This document shows positions 55,531 through 64,000 of a stretch of 64,000 nucleotides of DNA, in pieces. Origin of the DNA: Geosiphon pyriformis uo1 (Eukaryota > Fungi > Glomeromycota); the NCBI GenBank assembly GCA_016748015.1, contig JAAOMT010000263.1, forward strand, positions 129,993 through 193,992. Reading direction: 5' to 3'. The notes beneath the pieces were generated by a model. It ran no database searches and was not told the DNA's origin. It was given only the letters and a program-made list of their open reading frames with translations. Position 1 is the stretch's first letter, and the number at the start of each line of letters is the position of its first letter. A program made the translations under genes and the position numbers.

Positions 55531-57246
55531 CAGCCTACAATTCGTAGAATAAATTTTACTCTAGAACTCGATTAAGAGTTTTCTAACAATGGAGTTATTT
55601 TTTGAATATAATGATTCCAACAAAGCCAATGGAACTAGAAGTTCTTGTTATCACTTCTTTCTCCTTATTTTATTTTAATTCATTTAGAAATTTGGGAATA
55701 TTTTTCAATTTGGGCTTTCCAAAATTTAAAGAAAATATAATTCAAAACCTTTTGTAACATTATATTTGTTACTCTATTCGTCCAAACCTTTTTTTCATTT
55801 CGTGAAGTTCAATTTCATGAATCAAATTTAAGGATGCTTTCTAGGTAAAGCCCTTTATATAATTTATCTTAATATTCCACACGTTAGAAAAAACCTTATT
55901 TCGAAAAATGAGATAGAATATTTCTTACACTTGTGATATTCTAGGTTTGACAATATGTACCATTCAATACTTGTCATTTCAAACGCTTATATTATCCATT
56001 AAATTTTATTTGTGCACTTATAGTTTCCTTGAGTTTTAAGTATTGAGGCTAATTTAATGCTACCCAAACCCCCAAGACTGTAGCTTTAAAGTGCAACTTT
56101 TATTGAAATAGTGTTTTAATAAATTTTCTATATTTCTGTATAGAATTTAAATTAAAATTCATAATTCTTATATGGTATGGTTTTTCTTTAAGTAGCCAAA
56201 GAAGTGTATAAGTATAATTTAGAATATGCACAAATAAAACAAATCATTCAATAAGTTTATTTCAAATTTTTAACTTCTAATAATCTTAAATATTAAAAAA
56301 TATCATTACAAAACCTTAATCACCATAAATTGTATTTGAAAATTAGTGATTGGCTATTATATAAAATTTTACCACAATGTAATTGCAAGATTTTCTGCGC
56401 AACAAAAAAATTATATAGCATTTAAATAAAAAATGTAACTATTTTCAACTAAAATTTTGCTATTTAATATTTCTTAAAAATGTAAATCAAGTTGCTAAAT
56501 AATCTGATGTAATTTTTCAATAAAAAGTTTTATTTGCTTTGGGTTAAAAATAAATCCATTTGGTTCGTATCTTACAGAAATTAAGATGAAATATAATATA
56601 TTTTGGATTGAAATAATTTAAAAGATTTTGGATGCAAACGATATTAGCATAAAAACGTTATAAACTATTGATTAGATGACCCAAGCCACGATACATTAGC
56701 TCTGAAGCAATCAACTCTGATCTCTCCCTTTCAAATCTTAAAATATAACATAAAGAAAAAAGTTATATTCTAGTTTTTTGAAACAGAAGTTTTCGTCTCT
56801 TCGAGTGTGATATTAGGGTAAATGATTAAATGGATGTTTGAATTTAATTTAGAAAGTTGATATTGGCCTAAAATATCATAACAGTTTGAAAAGCTTCTAT
56901 TTTGAAATCAAATGAATTAAAATAAAGATTCAAAGTTAGGATTTCAAGTTGTATTTAGCTTTATTAGAATGCACTATATATCCGTAAAAATAAATATACT
57001 ATTAAAAAAATTGGCTGCAAAGGAATCTCCTTTATTCCAAAATTAGCGAAATAGATACCAATTCATTAAGTCTCTCAATTCTATTTTAAAGTTTCCTTTT
57101 TAAAAGTTAATCACGTTCTTTCTTTTCATTCCTATTGTCCAGTAGCCTAGATAATAAACTATAAAAAACTCTTTTTGTGTAAATTACCTAAATAGGATGC
57201 CCCATTTGATCTAAAGCTTATAAAGTGTAAAAAAACTATATAAAAG

Positions 57247-58732
57247 TCAATTCAAGTTTTCGATTTGAAAAACTTCATACTCCTCGACAAAAAAGTCTAC
57301 GCTTTGATTTTCTGAATCAAGCATTATCGCGTGCTCATATGATGAATCCTTTCGGCAAAAGCATCCAGGACTATTTTGACAAACATCACTTCTCACTACA
57401 AAACTATACTGACCAGATTCGGGTCTATAACGTAAGCTAGCATAAGTTCTCTTTCCGCTAACAAATTTGCTATTTTCAGCTTTGCCATCTCCAAGGGAAA
57501 AAATAAAACTTCCTTTTCCATATAAATAGTTATTGTAAGAACGCCAAGATGCTTGGGTATACACACCAATCAGTTGACCAGTTCCTTTCACTTTGATAAC
57601 ACTGACTGTTGCTCCTTTATCATCGCATAATCGATGAAAATCCGCTGGATTGAATCCGTCTGGACTGCCTCGAAGTAACAAATTAAAATTATATTCAAGT
57701 TGGTTTTGGAAAGGAGTGTTTTCGTCTTTGCCCTGAATCCAGTGATCAAGCTGCTTCACATTATGCAATTGAAGAAGCTTTGAACCAATTGATCGGAATG
57801 GCTGAGTCTCAACAGACATTTGATGACTCCCCGGTACTAGATAATGATGTAAAAGATCTTTATACAAATTTCCGGGTAAAATTCTCGCAAATGGTTTTAC
57901 TTTGTGATAGAAGTCAACAGAAGATATGTGAAAGAACCGGATTAAAGGTAGAAGCTCTTCAATTGATTCCTTAAAGGTGTCATAATTTTCATCTGTCCAA
58001 TTAACAATTTCTTCTACCTTAATATTATTATCCAATTTAGCAGCTGCCCATCCCACAATCTTTTTCCATATTTCTATTTCTTCCATCATAAGGTCATCCC
58101 GAGATAAAATTGAGGAAAGAAAATTCTTATTTAGGGAGGTGAAATCTTGGGACCTGAAGATTATAGTTGGACTTTTAGCTGCTATTTGGGTGCAAAATTC
58201 TTGTAGCTTTTTGAAAGAATTATGCATAAATGATGTTTCATGCAAAGAGGCAAAGTTTTCCTTTAGCTCTTTGGCATAATGTTCAATTAGGTAGTCTTCA
58301 AGGTGGTTAATAAGATTTTCCAAAAGGAGCTCATCAGCGGCAATAAGTAATCCTAGAATTATAGGTATTCCGTATTTGTTAAGAGATATTTCACCAAGAT
58401 ATATGTATCTAGACAAAACAATAATCAAATGTATGAATAAAATATTAACAAATATTTTGACCGAACTAAACTCACCGAATTATCACCTCAAAAATTTGGG
58501 GTGAAATATTAGGCTTAGAGAAGATAATGATGTTATTTTCTCTTTTAACCCAATAATTAGAGAGCGCTACAGCAAAGTACGAGGATCTTGCTGCTAAAAT
58601 CAGCGAATGAACATGAAAAGTTCTGGGATTAGATCCATCGCCAACGACAATTCTAACATCAGAGGCTATTTGATTATTCAATATGCTCCCGAAATTATGA
58701 GATAAATCGTGTAAGAGTCGCTGGGACGCCAT
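57247..58732 (-). CDS. BTB/POZ-BACK-TLDc protein, about 472 aa (exons 58732..58476, 58408..57247)
   Basis: Same architecture and intron position. Several TLDc motif residues are substituted. Confidence 0.88.
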
Positions 58733-59559
58733 AAATATCTAGCTAGCACAATTCTTGGGTTTTTATGATACAATATAGCTCAGAAGCCATTATAGTGCGC
58801 CCATTTGTTTATGTTTGCCTTGTGAGTCACCAGTGGTGGATTCTTATCAGATCTAATCATAATTGATCATCATAGATAACCAGATCTCAATTAATTAAAG
58901 TTGCAGATGGTGAAAAAAAAAATTAAAATACATTTTTTAAGATATTTAAGCATATTATTATCCAGCTTTTTACATTTTCTATTAAGAAAAAATGTTTACT
59001 ATTCTTAAATACATATGAATATTATTAATTTTTTTTAATATAAAATTGTGTCATAAGCAATGAATTTAAAATAAATAAGTTTTTTTAATATTTTATGTAA
59101 AAATATCCTTTTTTCAAACAGTAATCATTTTTGCCTTTAAATTTTTTGACTAAATTGTGTTGTTCTCGGGGCAAAAATTCTTGATCAATCGGAATAGCTC
59201 ATTGTGTTAATTCTAAAAATGTAAAGATACAACACACATTAGAAATATACAAATTTTTTATGGTAAGTACAAAAAATACCGGTTGTATCAATTTGTGTTC
59301 AGATTATTTAATACTAATTGTTTTTAAACATAATATAAACAAATTTTTTGAATTTAATGTTAAATTCATGCAAGGGAGAGCCAAAGAAATTATATTAAAC
59401 TTGTTATTAAAACTATCACTGATATTAAAGAAGCAGTTAGCGCTAGCGAAAACCATCTGCAAGCTTAGAATTAGATTATGCACCTAAAGAAATCTATCAA
59501 TGAGCGGCAGAGTGTAACTTAATTTTAGGTTTACATTTAACTAAAATAGTAATAAGACA

Positions 59560-62126
59560 ATGACAAGCATAGTCGGCCTTTGTGACCCTTGAGTTTCAGA
59601 CGATCTCTATCCGTTTAAGAATGTAAACGAGGGAATGAAGTAAGTGTCTATTTTCAGAACATTCTAGCATTCCAGATTTCTTTAAATTATAAATTGAAAT
59701 CTTTATTTATTAGCTACAAAAAATTTGGCCATTTTCCCAGCTAGTAAATATTCAAAAGTTGCTAACTTGGTGAAAAAACATCTTGAGAGCAATCAGAAAA
59801 AACCTGAAGACTTTTTCAATTATTTGAATAATTAAAGTTCAAAGTGTTCGATAGACTATGTTTTCCTCGGCTTTTCTTTAGAACATGGAATTGGAACTAT
59901 TCCTAATCTAACAAAAGCATTTCTAGAATTTCAGAAAGCAGCAAATTCCAAAGATTTTTTTGGACAATTCTTCTTGGGTCATTGTTATGAAAATGGCATT
60001 GGTACTTCAAAAGATCGAAAAAAGCATATGACCTTTTCAAAAGCAGCAGAGGTGGGTAATACAAGTGCGCAAATCAATCTTGGATGGTGCTATCGAAATG
60101 GATTAGGAACAACGAAAAATGAGGAAAACTCTTTTCAAAAGCAGCAGAGGTGGGACATTCAAAGGCACAAAACAATCTTGGATGGTGCTATCAAAATGGA
60201 ATAGGAACAACGAAAAATGATAAAAAATCATTTGAATTCTATTCAAAAGCAGCAGAGGCGGGACATTCAAAGGCACAAAACGATCTTGCGTTTTGTTATG
60301 ATAATGGAATAGGAACAACGAAAAATAAAAAAGCATTTGAGTTTTATTCAAAAGCAGCAGAGGCAGGAGATCTAGATCCACAATACGATCTTGGATGGTG
60401 CTATCGAATGGATTAGGAACAACAAAAAATGAGGAAAAAGCATTCGAACTCTACTCAAAAGCAGCAGAAGCGGGAAATATAAGCGCACAATACAACCTTG
60501 GATGGTGTTATCAAAATGGATGGGGAACGATAAAAAAGGTGAAAAAAGCATTTGAGCTATATTTAAAAGCAGCAAAGGGAAATGACTTTATTTCTTATAG
60601 TGATTTTCTTGATTTAAATGCCCATAATTTCACTTTAAAAAATCAAGATGACTTGGAACGTTTCATTTTACAATTCTAAAATCAAGGTTTAAAATTTGCA
60701 GATAATTTTAAAGGAGAATTTTGGGAATTTGACACTTTCTTTGACCAGCTTTCAGATGAATTCAAGTGTCTTAAATGTGGCAACTTATATATTATTATAA
60801 ATGGCTTCCTGATATGTTCATTTTGTGACACCGATAAAATTAATAATAATATATTTAAAGCCGGCTTGCCGAAATGTCCAGAATGTTATTGCATATTAAA
60901 AGATTCACTTTGGTGTAAAAATTGTGAATCATCACGATTTTTCAAGACTTGGGGAAGATGGATCTAATAGTTTTAATCAGTATATAGGATACACACAGCA
61001 AATTTCTGAAAGCTGCAGGGGATACCTGGGAAAGGTTTTTTTCGCCACGAAAACATATTTTTAGATAAGGTGGTGAGAGAAAGAGGATTTAGTGTTGTTA
61101 AAAAAGGTATATGGAAGAGAGGAAAAATTTTATTTTAGAATAAGAAAAATTAAAATTATGACTGAAGTAGAGTTACGAAATTTGCTTTAAAACATCTTAA
61201 AAATAGCTAAAAGATGGAACATATCTATACAAATGAGGTATTTTCCTCTGAATGAACTTATCAAATTTTTATTATCCCGATTTCTTTTCTAACACCAAAA
61301 AACCGTATTTGTGTAGTTTATTGCGCATCTTAGAAGCGTCCCTTGTAGCTGTATCCTTGAATGTTATGGAATGACAAAAGACGTTGCAACCGATTAATTT
61401 ATCATGGTTTTACCATTTGCAGAACACGGGAACCTCAGAGCTTTTCTAAAGATGAACGAGACCATTCTTACTTGGAGCATGTTTCTTCGTATTCTTCTTC
61501 AAATCGCTGGTGGCCTAAGGTTTAGACATGATTCAAATATGGTGCATGGGGACTTACATCCTTGTTTTGAAAACAAACCCTTTAAAAGTGGTTATTTCTG
61601 ATCTTGGACTCTGTCGTCTCGCTGATTACTCTTCACTTTTTGGCAAAATTTATGGTGTTCTTGAATATCTCGCACCCGAGATTTGCAGGGGGAATCCTCA
61701 AACTAAGTACAGCGATACATATAGCTTTGCTATCATTTCCTGTGAAATTATTTCAGGAGAAAGAGCTTTGAATAATACGCATCCTATTTCACGTGCGAAT
61801 TGACATAATTGATGGAAAGCGCCCTATAATCAAAAAACATACACCTCAATGTATTGGGGAAATGATTGAAAAAAAATTGGCAATATGATCCGTATTCCCG
61901 TGATAGTTTGGAACAACTTCAACAAAGAGTTATTGCTGCTCGCGATAATTGTAACTTAAATCAAGGTATCCCTGAAAAAATACTTTATACCGAAAAGATA
62001 CAAGATGCTATCCGATATAGTACAAGATATAGAAGCCGGTTATTATGTTTAATATTAAAAGACTTGGGTCTAACACCTGTTTTAGAGTTGGATTTGGATT
62101 TGGATTTGGATTTGGGGATTAATTAA
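59560..62126 (+). pseudogene. Sel1-like repeat plus tyrosine-kinase-like protein kinase pseudogene
   Basis: About 6-7 Sel1 repeats (AQ.NLGWCY.NG.GT.KN..KAFE.Y.KAAE.G) are split across frames. A CxxC-rich linker follows, then kinase motifs (MVLPFAEHGNLR, HGDLH, ISDLGL, YGVLEYLAPE, SDTYSF) with stops and frameshifts. The start is approximate. Confidence 0.88.
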
Positions 62127-64000
62127 ATTATTAATGATGGATTGATACGTGTGTGTGTATACAATCAAAGAATTCAAGTTCTGGTTAAACAGAAGAAATT
62201 CAGTAAGCACTTTAATAATTGAAACAGTTATGTTTGAAAATCTAGGTATTAACTATCATATATAGCTTCAATTTTATATCTTTTTAAAAGAAATTTTTGA
62301 GTGTGAGAGTTACTGAGTGTAAAACGTTTCCTTTTCAATTGAAATTTATACATAAATATATATTAAAATGTTATAGAAATTTTTAGTCTTATAAAAAGCG
62401 AAGCATTTTTATTTTTCGACCCATTTTTAACTTATGGCAACTCACAAGGAATAGAAATGAGCACGGAAATATAAGTGAAAAGATAAGTTTTAAGTCTTTA
62501 ACAGACCAGGTTTCCAGATTATTAAAAATCCAAATAATATTTTAATTTACGGAGGTTAGCCGTTTTCATTTATAATCATAAGATTAGTGGGGTTTTTGAT
62601 ATGAAAATAACCAACTAAATAAATTTGAAATAAGACATAAAATAATGAATCTTTTACTCTGAAATATTGTATATATACAGCTATTTTTCCAATCATAGTA
62701 CAAAATCCTAATTTTTGATACACTTTTTGAGCTCGGGCTTTTAGATTAACAAAGTTTCATTTGAAAGATTTGATAGCTTTTTATTTACACTATTTAGGCT
62801 GCTATTATTTGGTTTTTAATAATAATAATAAAAAAATCTTTCCCCGAAAAATTTTTAGTATTTCCCAATTTGACTTTTTTAGCCATAAAGACTTGCATGA
62901 TTTATTTCATTCAAAACAAAAAGTTAAGTCTTTGTATTCAATTGTTTTTCTTATTGTATTAGATTTTATCATTATGTTTAGATTTTCCATTTTTTTTGAT
63001 TAATGAAATCAACTTTTCTCTCATTTTTCATTTTTTATAGGTATGGTGTTAATAATTCTTTAAAATTATTCAAAGTCTAATATTATAACTGATAATTTGC
63101 TACATAAAAAAGGAAGAATAAATATTAAACCAGTATATTAGAGATATAAAAAAAGAAAGTTTTAATTCCAAAAAACATCATTGAATTGATTGGTTTTACA
63201 TTAGGGTATTATTATAATATTAATTATTAGAGCGGTAATATTGAATTGAAAGGGAGAATAAGTATGTTTTTTTTATATTTTCTTGATTTAATTTGAACAT
63301 ATACTGAGTGTTATATCTCATTTATTGAAACATCTTTCCCTCTTTGTAACAGTCACATTTCACTGAGATTAAAACACTTTTATTAGAAAATTTTGAATTT
63401 TGTTATTCAACTAAAATCTATAACAATAATTTGTTGACTCTAAGTCTTTTTAATTTGATTTTTGAGTTTGAACATCAAAACCATTAATTATAAGCCTATT
63501 AAATTCAAAAACGGAACAGCAGACTGTTTCAACAAGTGATTTTAGAAATCTCATAAAAATGGCAAATAATCATTATGCAATGATCAAAGTTAATGGTTTA
63601 TTCCAATTAGTTTTTACTCATATACCAATTCTTAGATGAGGGCTTAATATTTTAAGTTAAACATGAGTGATAATAATTTAATCTTTAACATTTAATGAAT
63701 ATTAAATTTCATTATATCACATTTAATAACAGTAATATTAATGCTCTATATTTTATAAGAAAAATGAAAGATATCAAGGTTTTTTATTTTTTGCAATTAT
63801 ATTGTGGCAATTATTATTATTATTTTAATGAATCTTATTTATTTAGGGTATATAGTTTTGCAATTCCCAATACTAAGAATGGCATACATTATAATCACAA
63901 TAATTAACATAAATGATTAATATGTTTTGTATTTTCGCTCATATGAAAACCCCACTGCCTTAATTACATTACTTTCTGCTGCTGAAAGTACACCAATTTC

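Noticed and set aside
59870-60580. Regular repeats of about 108 bp resembling an array
   Set aside because: They are Sel1 coding repeats, not CRISPR. There is no repeat-spacer structure and the context is eukaryotic.

Overview
Eukaryotic, very AT-rich, intron-containing fungal DNA. The gene content is typical of Glomeromycotina (arbuscular mycorrhizal fungi or Geosiphon relatives): expanded BTB-BACK-TLDc genes, F-box/LRR genes and a Sel1 plus tyrosine-kinase-like pseudogene. The taxon is an inference. Conserved genes are a DUF3712 membrane protein, a secreted GDSL/SGNH hydrolase, a GH85 ENGase and an AFG2/SPATA5 AAA ATPase. Most of the rest consists of local paralog families. (i) Four BTB-TLDc genes plus a relic of a fifth. 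(ii) Two secreted Kex2-site proteins with a Gly/Asn-rich module and a shared 2-Cys C-terminal domain. (iii) Three basic proteins of an unrecognised family, each with an internally duplicated 'YxGL...LExxxPP' module, on the same strand about 9 kb apart and sharing an upstream motif. (iv) Two membrane proteins resembling a stand-alone bacterial-type 'putative sensor' domain with LPxY motifs. Two degenerate copies of a TG...CA solo-LTR-like element are also present. No tRNA, rRNA or CRISPR was found. Exon boundaries were read by eye from GT-AG sites and frame continuity.
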